Positions 51,972 through 62,900 of a stretch of DNA of 64,000 nucleotides are shown one piece after another. This stretch comes from a virus. A program made the position numbers and the translations under genes. Under the pieces are notes generated by a model. That model made no database searches. It saw only the letters and a list, made by a program, of their open reading frames with translations, and was not told the DNA's origin. Within the stretch, counting starts at the first letter, position 1. Every line of letters begins with the position of its first letter. The DNA is taken from positions 32,001-96,000 of the IMG/VR virus record IMGVR_UViG_3300030117_007876; one strand, given 5' to 3'.

Positions 51972-54266
51972 TTATTTAAAAGGTTCATATTGACGAACGA
52001 TAGAATCTTGATCGGTGTGGTGATTTTCGACCGTGTATTGTATTCCATGTTTTTGCATGGCACGATGGAAAATAGTCCAATCGCAATCCTCTTCTAGAAA
52101 AGCGTATCCTGCAGCTTTATATGAGAATTCACTAATCTTGTCAACGATATTTAACTTTTCAAGTAATCCCATAGGCACTTGTAGCCACCCATGAGCTGGA
52201 TCTGTTTTAGCAATTAATTTCATGATATATTTAGTTAGTAAGCAAACAAGCAATAAAACATATTAAAACGCACATAAAAGCACATATCAACCATGTTTTT
52301 TCATTTGCAGCATTCATTTGGATTTGGAGTTGTTATAATTGTAGTCTTTTAATTGTCTTCTGTCAACTTTTTTTCCTTTAGTGTTTACCTTTTGTCGGCA
52401 GAAGTATCGATATCCCTCAAGCCATTCTTCATGCGAACCAATTTTCTTTTCTTCGCTAATAATGGGGTGACGGAATCCAGAATTACTTGTGGCATAATCA
52501 TGGACTCTATTTTTCTTCCAATACTTTGATGTTCGACTAATATGTCCTTTTTTAATTCTTGCAACTTCGGCAGCTACAAGAGTAGTCCAAGGAACTTTAT
52601 CTTCATGCTGTTTACCTGTGGATCTGTAATCAACTTTTTTCATAATATTAATTCTCACATGTTTCTATTAAATGAATCATTTGATGATTGTCAATAAAGT
52701 AAAGATCATATTTATCAACTAATTCCTTAAATGTTATATAAAAATTTTCATTACTTGTAGTTAACCTCCAGAGATTTTCCCCTTCAGATGGAACCTCGAC
52801 AGTATAAACTGTAGCAACAATATGTTTAGCAACAGCAAACAGCGTCCCTGCATTGTCAGGGAGGTTAGCTAAACATGAGTCTAACTCTTGAGCAGTAGAG
52901 AATATAATTTTCTGCCCGTGGCTACAAGAATCGTATATTAATTTTTTCATATTAATTTATCTATTTTAAGGTTTTCTATGAAATCTTCCTTATATATGTC
53001 TGCCATGTCTTTACTAGTTCTGCGATTTAATTTATCATTTAAATAATCAAACAAATCAATTAGCTCTTCGACATTGCAAACTTCACCATCTAACCATTCC
53101 ATGTAGACATCTTTTGGTTGCGCCATCAATGCTCGCCACGCAATTTCATCAACCAAATCTTGCTTGTTTAAATCAGCGTATGTAAAAGTTGTGATGTTTT
53201 CTTTTTTCATATTATTGTGGGCAGAGTTCACGGAAGATACTTTTCATTTCTTCTGAGGATATTTCGTCTGTCTGTTTTTTAGTTTTGGTGGCGACTCTGT
53301 TCTTTACTTGCAACCGTTGAAGTGGTAGTTCGGTTGATGTGATTTCTGACACGATACCTTTTTTAATGCATCGCTTAACAAGAGCTTTATATTTATCTTT
53401 TGTCATAATTTTTATTCAGCTAACCATTTAGCCTTGATTTTATTTTTATCATACATTTTGACAAACTTATTGATTTCATCAGCGAGATCGTCATGCCATA
53501 CATCTTTATATGCTCTTGCTAAAAGGTCAAGAGCTTTTTCAAATCTTAGTTCGGTAGGTTTTTTAAATTTATTACGGAACATCACTACTTCATCAATAGC
53601 ACGTTGATCCCAATCTCCATTAAAGTATCTAGCTTGATAGCGTATCAACTTTGCGACTTGTTCGATTGTGCATTCGATTGGTTGGAATCCTTTTATTGCG
53701 TATCCATCAAAAGCAGATATTGACAAATGATCTAGATCTGCATCTGATTTAGCAATGCGAATAGCCTCGTTCATATCGTGAATGTTCATAAGCAATATTT
53801 AATAAGAAAATAAGGTAAGAGTCAATAGAATTTTAATTTAACTTTTTGCGTAATGACGCGCTGATCGACCGTCTTCAGTCTCTAACTCTTTTCTGATGTA
53901 AGTAAGTTTTTTTTCGAGATCTTGGCTGTTTTTAGCAATGCGAATCGCGAGTCTTAGTGCGGTGGAGTGTGAATAGCGTCTATATTTACCCTCTTTTTCG
54001 CAAGCGTCTTCGGAGATCATTTGTCTTATTTCTTCAAGCATGTCGAACTCTTTACTAGTTATTGAAAAAGCTTTACTCCAAGTTTCACAACATTCATTCT
54101 TTGAGTATAAAATTTTTTTAGATTTATTTTTTTGAGCAGATCTTTTAGTTTTTCTTTTTTTAAGCGTTGGAGTTTTAATTTTTGTAGAGTTAGCTTTTTT
54201 GGTGAGCTGAATCCATTCGCCTAGTGTTTTATTTTTTGTAGCGTCCATACAATTAAAATAATTCAA
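51972..54266 (-). CDS. Cluster of small hypothetical ORFs
   Basis: 51972-52253, 52314-52658, 52648-52950, 52947-53231, 53212-53406, 53412-53795, 53838-54266 (ORF-track extents; starts uncertain). Confidence 0.55.
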
Positions 54267-54344
54267 TAAATAATGAATGTCAAATAATAAATAATCAAAT
54301 AGTAATAAAAATTAAGTATAAAAAATACACTATAATTTATATTC

Positions 54345-54461
54345 GTAAGTGCTTGATAATCAACAGGTTGCGCTGGGGCCCCCTTCTGCGTAAGCTGTTT
54401 ATATTCAATAGGTTATAAAAGGAGGGGCCCCGGCACAAGTCTTTGATTGCGTTGAGGTTAT
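54345..54461. repeat. 27-bp palindrome/GGGGCCCC cluster 3 (3 copies)
   Basis: Copies at 54345, 54390 and 54435. Confidence 0.85.
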
Positions 54462-54471
54462 GAATTATAAT

Positions 54472-55140
54472 TTATATTGTTGTGGGGTTAGGGCTATTTC
54501 CCCCAAGCCTTTTTTTAATCGGGGTTTGGTTACCTAGGTTAGGCCCACCTGAAAAATGTTGGTGCTCAATGCAAGATGAGCCTCTGCCGACAATATTTCT
54601 GGTGCTCATGTCGTTTCTTGAATAGTCTTTTTTCTTTTGTGTATGTGCTAGCGCTACAGCTTCTGATTTGCTACGAAGTGGAATACCCAGAATTTTTAAA
54701 TTTCTCGATATTGTCATTCTGCCAACTCCCATTATTTCTCCAATTTTAGAGCAGGACATTTTTTGATTAACGTACATGTCTTCTAATTTTACGATATCTA
54801 GCTCTATTGGCTTAGCTTTTGCACTAGTCCGCGTTATTACTCCGAGTTGTTTTAGTTTACGAAGCACGGTCATCCTGCAGACGTTTAGTTTTTTACTTAT
54901 CTTTATTGTACTAATTTTTTGATTAACATACATGTCAACCATTTTTTCGATATCTACTTGTTTTTCTATAACTTCTCTGCTTGCTTGCGTGAATGATTTT
55001 ATAGTAATATTTTTTTCTTTAAGCAGGTTACTAATTGTATCAGGGCGAATCTTAAAGATTTTCCCTATTTTTCTAAGCGATATGCCTTGATTAACATACA
55101 TGTCAACAACGAGTTCGGTGTCTATATCTAACCTTTCCAT
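54472..55140 (-). CDS. Protein with three tandem HTH repeats
   Basis: DMYVNQ.xS..KI.......TI.R.L...GI repeated three times. Confidence 0.75.
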   Translation of the reverse strand: MERLDIDTELVVDMYVNQGISLRKIGKIFKIRPDTISNLLKEKNITIKSFTQASREVIEKQVDIEKMVDMYVNQKISTIKISKKLNVCRMTVLRKLKQLGVITRTSAKAKPIELDIVKLEDMYVNQKMSCSKIGEIMGVGRMTISRNLKILGIPLRSKSEAVALAHTQKKKDYSRNDMSTRNIVGRGSSCIEHQHFSGGPNLGNQTPIKKRLGGNSPNPTTI

Positions 55141-55203
55141 GGTTTAAAGATACTGTATTTTTTAATCTGACGCAAGAAAAAAAACAGTTATTTTTTTTAC
55201 CGC

Positions 55204-55275
55204 GCAACCTATTGCGATTCAATAAGTTGCAAAAGGAGGGGCCCCAACGTAAGTCGTTGACTACGAGGGGTTTAC
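55204..55275. repeat. 27-bp palindrome/GGGGCCCC cluster 4 (2 copies)
   Basis: Copies at 55204 and 55249. Confidence 0.8.
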
Positions 55276-55299
55276 AGATTATATAATTATATAATTAAT

Positions 55300-55374
55300 T
55301 GGTGGGCTGGGTGAGACTCGAACTCACAACCAACGGCTTAAAAGGCCGCTGCTCTACCATTGAGCTACCAGCCC
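55300..55374 (-). tRNA. tRNA-Lys(UUU)
   Basis: Reverse complement gggctggtagctcaatggtagagcagcggc-ctTTTaa-gccgt...gttcgagt...ccagcccacca. Confidence 0.93.
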
Positions 55375-55382
55375 CAGAGGGA

Positions 55383-56318
55383 TTAGTCAACTCTTTTTAT
55401 TTTACCAATGATCCCACCTTTGGTAAAGGAGCGGATGCCATACTGCTGATGCTCTCCGCTATATTTGTAGGCGGTGAAGAAATGGGGCTTGTCAACGATA
55501 GGACCAGAGGTCACATAAGTATTGACAACTCCATCTTGGCGTTTGTAAACGAACGTGTATTTTTCGGTTGGGAATGATTGCATATTATTTTTCGCTTTCT
55601 ATTTATTATTATTTATTTAGTTTGATATTAGGGCAGTCGTTATCATGAAGGAATTCACGGACTTCATTGACTGATTCAACTATTTTAGCCAGTTGTTTAG
55701 AAAAATATTCATTGCTGAGATCTGGATATTTGAGCAGACATTCGGCATGAGCTTCTAACCTGCCACTCATTGAGGCGAGATAACCATCCATGGCAAAAAA
55801 TTCTAGATCTTCGTAGTGGTAGTTTGCAACGTCTTTATTCATACAAGTAATTTAGTGCAATTTTTATTCTTTGTCAATTTTTATTTTGTCCAATCTTCAG
55901 CGCAAGTAATCCAAGCTTCAGGATGAATGATTGATTTTTCCATTTGCTTGATTGTTTCAGCTTTATCACTGCTGATTTGTTTTGCATACATATCAAGAGC
56001 TTGCATAACGAAGACTTGGTTCAGTGGAGATTGCTCCATGTATTCAGTGACTTTTTCAATGTTTGTTTTCATATTTAAAATTTACCATATTAAATATTAA
56101 ATTCAAGAAAAATCTACTTCAATTTCACAATTTAAATTGTCAACCCTGTCTGCATTGCGATAGACTCTCCCTCCAAATTTGGAGATGTATTCGAGAGCAG
56201 CTTCAAGCGCTCCATGTTCAGGGTAATCGTCAATGTAAAAAGTTGCATTCTTTTTATTTGGAACGAGAACTGCGTGGTAGGCTTCCATTGAGATTGACTT
56301 TGTTGTTGTATTTTTCAT
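55383..56318 (-). CDS. Four small hypothetical ORFs
   Basis: 55383-55583, 55609-55842, 55881-56072, 56103-56318. Confidence 0.55.
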
Positions 56319-56407
56319 GCTATAAGCATAACAAATAGGGTAGGACAAATACAGTCCAACCCCCAAAAAAGTGAAAAAAGTTTTTAAAAGAAAAGTGTTG
56401 ACATCGC

Positions 56408-56479
56408 GTAAGTCATTGATAATCAACAGGTTACATTGGGGCCCCCCATCGCGTAACTCGTTGATACTGAGGGGTTTGT
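56408..56479. repeat. 27-bp palindrome/GGGGCCCC cluster 5 (2 copies)
   Basis: Copies at 56408 and 56453. Confidence 0.85.
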
Positions 56480-56595
56480 GAATTATAATTTATATTATAC
56501 TATAAAAAAAAGGGAGGGAGCCGAAGCTCCCTCCTTGCACTTATGACCAAGAAACATAACATATAACACTAAACCAAGTTACGGAAGAAAGTCAA

Positions 56596-57039
56596 TTATA
56601 ATTTATAAAAAATGTGGCGTCCAATCTTAGCGACAGGCTTTTCGCCCTTCGCCCAATACGGTGCTTTGATATAGTCTGCATAGTAATGGTTGGCGTTGCC
56701 GATCTTGGCGCGATCAATGCGATGCATGTTCTTGGCGAGATAGATTGCCATCTTTGCCTGTGGCACATTCAACAGATGATCAAGGTCTGAGATCTTCTTG
56801 CCATTCCAACAGGAGAACTGCCATTTAGCTAGGCAGACTTTTTCCCATGTCTGCTTGCGGTCGATTGCACGTTGAGCGATGACAGCTGCAACGGCTCCCA
56901 TTCCTTTGTCACCTTCACCCCGTGCCTCTGCAAGGATCGTAATGGCGACCACTTTTTGTTCTTTAGTAAGTTCACTTGATGCGACCAGTGCCGTGATTGA
57001 TTGTGATACAAGTAAGACATAAAGCAATATCGTTTTCAT
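56596..57039 (-). CDS. SleB/Hydrolase_2-family cell wall hydrolase
   Basis: Signal peptide, ILAEARGEG, AVAAVI..R, WQFSCWN, ANHYYA, PYWA, IGRHIFY. Confidence 0.9.
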   Translation of the reverse strand: MKTILLYVLLVSQSITALVASSELTKEQKVVAITILAEARGEGDKGMGAVAAVIAQRAIDRKQTWEKVCLAKWQFSCWNGKKISDLDHLLNVPQAKMAIYLAKNMHRIDRAKIGNANHYYADYIKAPYWAKGEKPVAKIGRHIFYKL

Positions 57040-57058
57040 ATGTATAAGATAACAGAAT

Positions 57059-58238
57059 TTAGGCTAGTGTCAAATGTTTTTTTATTTCACTATGAGCGAA
57101 TTCAATAGCGCATCTGACGGCATCTTGACGATTGGCAACACCTAAAATATCTTTCAATTCATGCATTTGCGCCACCAGTTCAGGAGAAAGAGCGACGTTT
57201 ACTTGAAGTCTTTTACCATCTATTTTGTTCCATCGTAAGTTTTTGATAGTGATCTTATCTGGTTTCATGCTAGCTCCTTATTTTGTGTTTCTTGCCATGC
57301 GGTGTCAATCATAGTCCTAAAAAATTCAATTCTTGATGGACTATCAGCTAACTCCATTAAGAGTTCAAATTTTGCAAAATGCTCGCTGTTTAAATCGAAA
57401 AGTAACCTTTTACCATCGGTGACTCTACATGTCTTACCAGCTCTTGATGTATACGTTGAGACGGTCTTGAATTTGGGTTGATATCTAGAGGCTAGCTCGA
57501 AGAGCTTGTGTTGCGTGTTGTTCATAGTTGTTTCAATTATTTTTTATTATAGTAACTTTAAACTTAACAGGTTTGGCAAAGCGTATTTTTATTTCCATGA
57601 CCACAGTCTATTTAGATTCAGGGAAGGCGTCAACAAGAAAATTTGCGATTCCTCCATCATACATTTTGTTGACAAGCTTGATCTTTCGGTGAAAGTTGTA
57701 TTCTGCGATCACATCCCACTCTTCCTCTGTGGTGGCGCAGTCGCACAGCCAGTCCTCTAGTCTCTTGTTGATTTCATCCATGGTGATCTTGGTAAGTGCT
57801 GCGCTCATCTTATGCGTCCCAGCTAAAAGGTTGAGCCTTGACGCTGCGCTTGTATGGCTTGGCGAGGTGAGCTTTGCGAGCTGCGTCCTTCTCTTCTTCT
57901 TCCTTGCGAAGCAGTCCGTTCATGTGCGCGTTATGAGTGGCGAACTCCTTGCGGATCTCAGTCAGTGTCTCGTTAACTTTCATACTTATAAGGTAGTCGA
58001 ATCAGTCGATGATTGCAAGAAAAAGTTTCAATTATTTTTTGTATTGGTTCCACAGGTTCTTATGTTCTGGTGTAGCGTGAGAGGCTGGCTCTAAGACGTA
58101 ACGCAATCTGTCGCTTTGTGCTGCGTAGTGCTGAGAGTCATCGTTCTGGTAGTCAGAGCTGAAGAAATTGACAAGAGCTTTTTTGTATTCGTTGATGTCT
58201 AGCATTGCAATGTATTCTTTGCTTGTGTCGTTGTTCAT
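57059..58238 (-). CDS. Five small hypothetical ORFs
   Basis: 57059-57268 (RHH-like), 57265-57525, 57608-57808, 57810-57983 (not in track), 58032-58238. Confidence 0.55.
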
Positions 58239-58543
58239 GGTTATAAGATAACAGAATATTTATTCAGTGCAAGAAAAAGTTTTGCTTTTTTTTCTCAGGC
58301 TTGAGATTTATTATGACAAATGTCTTGACAAAACCCCACCCTTTTTTTAGAATTTTTACGAGATCGTATTTCTGTAAATAGGTGGGGGGACATTTTCTTC
58401 AATATGTAATTCATTTTCCAGCCATAGGCCCCCCTATTTAATAAAAATAAAACAAAACCAACAAAAACCAGCAAAAACCTTCGCTTAAAAAAAATAAGCT
58501 GATAAAATTTGACAGCCGCCAACCTTTTTTTATTATATATAAA

Positions 58544-58873
58544 ATGGATTATTTATTAGTTTATTTGGACGAGGATGATCAGAAAATGGCAGCATTACCT
58601 GATAATGAAGGGGTATATAAAAATTCAACAGAATTCGATGAATATCCTGAAGAAATGACAAATAGAGAAGTTATTGTTTTAAGAAGCAAGGACTTTTATA
58701 AAGTAATGAATGATCCCAATTTTGATGATAAATATTTTGAAGCGGAATTTGAAGGTCAGTATATAACTTCTTCTGAAATACATAAATGCATAGACAATAT
58801 AGGTTTTGAAAAGTTTTTTACAACAATTATTAATGAGCATATTAAAAGCTTAGAAGAAGAGGAAGAAGAATAG
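58544..58873 (+). CDS. Acidic hypothetical protein
   Basis: ORF after TTGACA, at the strand switch. Confidence 0.6.
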   Translation: MDYLLVYLDEDDQKMAALPDNEGVYKNSTEFDEYPEEMTNREVIVLRSKDFYKVMNDPNFDDKYFEAEFEGQYITSSEIHKCIDNIGFEKFFTTIINEHIKSLEEEEEE

Positions 58874-59916
58874 TGAAGATAGGTATTTTATTTTCTGCAT
58901 ACAATTGCGCGGCATATATTGATGAATGTTTGGAGCCATGGTTAAAATTAAAAAAAGAACTTAATTTAATATTAGCGGCAACTAACGGCAGATATATATT
59001 GTCTCCTGAAGAACCTGACGACATGAAGGGTTCTCATTCTTTATTAAAGTTATTAGGTAAAAACTTAGATTTTTTATTACATTCTTGCGGTGAAAACAGA
59101 TGGTCAGAAGAGCAGGGTCGTAATTACATGCTTTATTATTTATTAGATCAGAAAGTTGATCTAATTTGGGTAATTGATTGCGATGAAATATATACAGAAA
59201 AAGATATATACAATATCTTATCTTATATTAAAGAAAACCCTGAACCTGATTGTTATAAATTATTCTATAAAAATTATTGTATAAAACATCCATACTGGAT
59301 TGATGATGATTTCACCAAGTTTTCAATATATTGGACAAATAGAAGAGAAGGAATTAAAACTTTTTACTTTGATTGTGATATTCAATATAATAATGGAGAT
59401 AATTTAAATTCTTTATCGCAAAACAATATTGGTTTTATAAATAAAAACACGGCGTTTATAGATCATTATTCTTGGATACAGGATGATCCAAGAGTAAAAG
59501 ATAAAATACACAACCAAAATATAAAATATGCTGGCGAACAAGATGCTAAATGCGCATATATAGTTGACGCGCAAGATAATTTAATGATAAGCGAGACATT
59601 TTTTAAAAAAAGAAACATGCAGTTGCCTCACATTCATAAAAGTGTTGTGAATAGTTTACATATTTGTGATATTATATATAATAAAATTAAAAATGTAATA
59701 TATTTTACTAATATTACTAATCCTGATGATTATCAAGTAGCTATTGCTGACAGCGATAATAATACTATTTATTCTTGTGATGCTAATTTATGTGGAGATT
59801 ATTATATAGCTCCTAGTTTTGATTTAAGAAATGTTTCTTTCTTTAATGTTATTATTAAAAAATTTAATACTGTTTTAAAACATGAAGAATTACATGTGAA
59901 ATTCAATAATTATTGA
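58873..59916 (+). CDS. GT-A (GT2-like) glycosyltransferase
   Basis: FSAYNCAAYI, EEQGRN, WVIDCDEIY, DHYSW. Confidence 0.75.
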   Translation: MKIGILFSAYNCAAYIDECLEPWLKLKKELNLILAATNGRYILSPEEPDDMKGSHSLLKLLGKNLDFLLHSCGENRWSEEQGRNYMLYYLLDQKVDLIWVIDCDEIYTEKDIYNILSYIKENPEPDCYKLFYKNYCIKHPYWIDDDFTKFSIYWTNRREGIKTFYFDCDIQYNNGDNLNSLSQNNIGFINKNTAFIDHYSWIQDDPRVKDKIHNQNIKYAGEQDAKCAYIVDAQDNLMISETFFKKRNMQLPHIHKSVVNSLHICDIIYNKIKNVIYFTNITNPDDYQVAIADSDNNTIYSCDANLCGDYYIAPSFDLRNVSFFNVIIKKFNTVLKHEELHVKFNNY

Positions 59917-59917
59917 T

Positions 59918-62900
59918 ATGAATTATTTTGTAACACATTGTGATAAAAAATATATAAAATATGCTGAAAGATTGTTTGAATCACTAAAAAAGGATTCTGA
60001 AAATAAAATTTTATTTTTTTCAGTTGATTTTGATTATAAAAATCGTTTCAAAAATGTTATTAATATAAAATATGATGCTTTAAGAAATTTTAAAGAAAAA
60101 AGAAACGATTTGTACAAACCTTTTAGAGGAGATTCAAAATCTTTTCATGTCTTTATAAAACCTTTGATTGTAGAGGGGCTGTTAGATGGTAAATATGCGC
60201 AAATATCATCAGATGATAACTTTTGCTACTTAGACGCGGATTGTTTTAGTCGAAAAGAGTGTGATTCTATATTTAAAAACGCTCAGAAAATAAAAAATTA
60301 TCCGTTACTTAGCATAGCTTGTCAGCAGTATATGCTTTGCAATGGCAGAGGTAATCCTTTTGCTAACGGTAAAGAAGATCCTAACTTATGTTTAGAGGCT
60401 CCGTTACTAAAAGAGTTAGGAATTGATGTAAGTTTAAGAATTCCTGTATATTTACAAACAGGAGTTTTTATGTTTAATAAAAAATGCATAGATTTTGTTA
60501 AAGAATGGAGTGATTTATGTTTTTCTAACTTAGTACTGAATAATAGAGAATATCTTGCTCCCTTTCATGAAGAAACAGTTATAAACTGTCTTTTATGGCG
60601 AGATAAAGTAAAAGATAATTTAGGGCAGTCATTAATAAATGTTATTGAAGGTGGTAAAAAAGAATTGAAAGAAATGATGCATCATCTTGAAAATCCTAGT
60701 CAAGAGTTGCAGCGAATTACAAATCATTGCACTATTCCTGCAAAAAACAAAATAAATGATCTTTATTTTTTTCACAGAAGAGTAAATGATCAAGTATACA
60801 AATTTTTAACACAAAAAATGAGAAAATTATATTTAAAAGTAAATTCTCCATCTTTAGGAGACACATTAGCTGTTACTCCTACATTAAGAAAATTATCTAA
60901 AACTTATGATGGGCTTATCAGCGTAATTACCCATCACAAAAATATTTTTCAAGATAACCCTTATGTTGATGAAATTTTGTCTTTTGATGAGTTTCAATCT
61001 TTAAAAACAGAAGATTGTGAAGTATTTGAAACTTTTTTAGGTATTGGGCATAAAAATCATCTTGGAGTAGAAAAAAAACACAATACAATTGATATAAGAC
61101 AATTTCATTCTATTGATTTAGGCTTTTGTCTATCCAGTGATGAAATGGAATATGATTATACGCCCGACAATTACGTTCAGATCAAAGATCTGCCTTCTTC
61201 CTATGTCGTACTACATGTAGGATCTACATGGCCCTCTAGAACGTATTCTAAGGACAATTGGCAGCAATTAATAAATCTATTGAACTATGACAATATAAGT
61301 GTGGTCTTAGTGGGTAAAAATGATCATGAAACAGGTTTTTACGATATAGATAAGAAAACAATTAACTTAAACGTAAATTTAGGCTTAGATTTAACAAATC
61401 AGTTAACTTTATCTCAGTGTTGGCATGTTATTGATAAAGCTACGTGTTTAATAACTATGGACTCTGGTTTATTGCATTTAGCTGGAACAACAGATACTTA
61501 CATTGTTCAGTTAGGATCTTCTTTAAATAATGAGTTAAGGGCTCCTTTTAGAAAAGGTTCTCAAAATTATAAATACAAATATATAAGTGGGTCTTGTGAT
61601 ATATTTTGCGCTTCAGATATAAAATATGGAGTAAAAGAATGGGGTACTATTCAAGGTGTGCCTCCTTTGATAAATTGTTTAGAAAACAAGCCTACTTTTG
61701 AATGCCACCCTAATCCGCAAAATGTTTTTGATTTTGTAGAATCCGAAATAGTTGAAAAACACAATGTATTAAATTATGTAGATTTTTCTTACGAAAATAA
61801 TCGTTTAGCTTTAAATTATAGTTTGTCAGATTCTAAATACGCTGGTAAATACAATATAGTCATAGAAGAGGAAGGTTCTGGCATCGTAATATATCAAGAA
61901 TTAGTAAATATTTCTCATGCGGGAGTTAATTTTTGGACAGATTTTACTTTTGCAAAATCCAAGATGAACGAAAATTTCAAAGTAAGAGTTTTGAAAAATA
62001 ATTCTTGCGTTTTCGAAAAGAATTTTTCTTACCCTCATTTCAATCCCTCAAATCCTTTAATTGAATTAGGTGATAAATTACAAAATTTTGATTTATCTGG
62101 TGTTTCTTTAGGAGTTCTTTCTGAAGTGTTTATAGACAATAATTATGATGAAGGTTTGGTAAAAGTTTCTGAAGGAGATGTAGTCGTGGATATAGGTTTT
62201 AACGTAGGCTTATTTTCTGTAAAATCTTTTCTTGAAGGTGCTAAAAAAATATACGCGGTAGAACCTAACGAAGAAAACATATCTAAATTTAAATCAATAA
62301 ATAAAAATAAAGTAATCGATAATTTGCACATATCTAATATTGCAATATCTGATCATGACGGAACAGATAGTTTTCTTATAGACGAAGATTATGATAATTC
62401 TGGTCGTTCCATGTTGGAGAAAACGCTGCATTCAGGTAGAACAAGTTTTAATTCTCATTCTTACAAAACCGTCAAAACTCAAAAATTTCAAACTTTTCTT
62501 GAAGAAAATAATATAGATAAAATTGATTTATTAAAAATAGACTGTGAAGGTGGAGAATTATTTATTTTGCACGAAGATAATAGAAAAATATTTGAAGACA
62601 AAGTTGATAAAGTTGTTGGAGAAATTCATTTCTCTTTAGATACACAAAAAGGAAGTTACATGAAAAATTTCCTTGAAGAAACTGGTTTTGAGTTTTCTAT
62701 AGATGCGGGACCAGATCCTGCGGGACTGATAACATTTAGCGCTTTAAAAAAAAAGAATAAAAAAATAGTATTTTTAGCTCCCCACTTATCAACAGGAGGT
62801 TCACCGGCTTATTTATTATGGTTAATCCAAGAAAAGATAAAACAAGGTTATGAAGCTTTTGTTATAGAATATTGTTACTATGGAAATTATATAGTTCATA

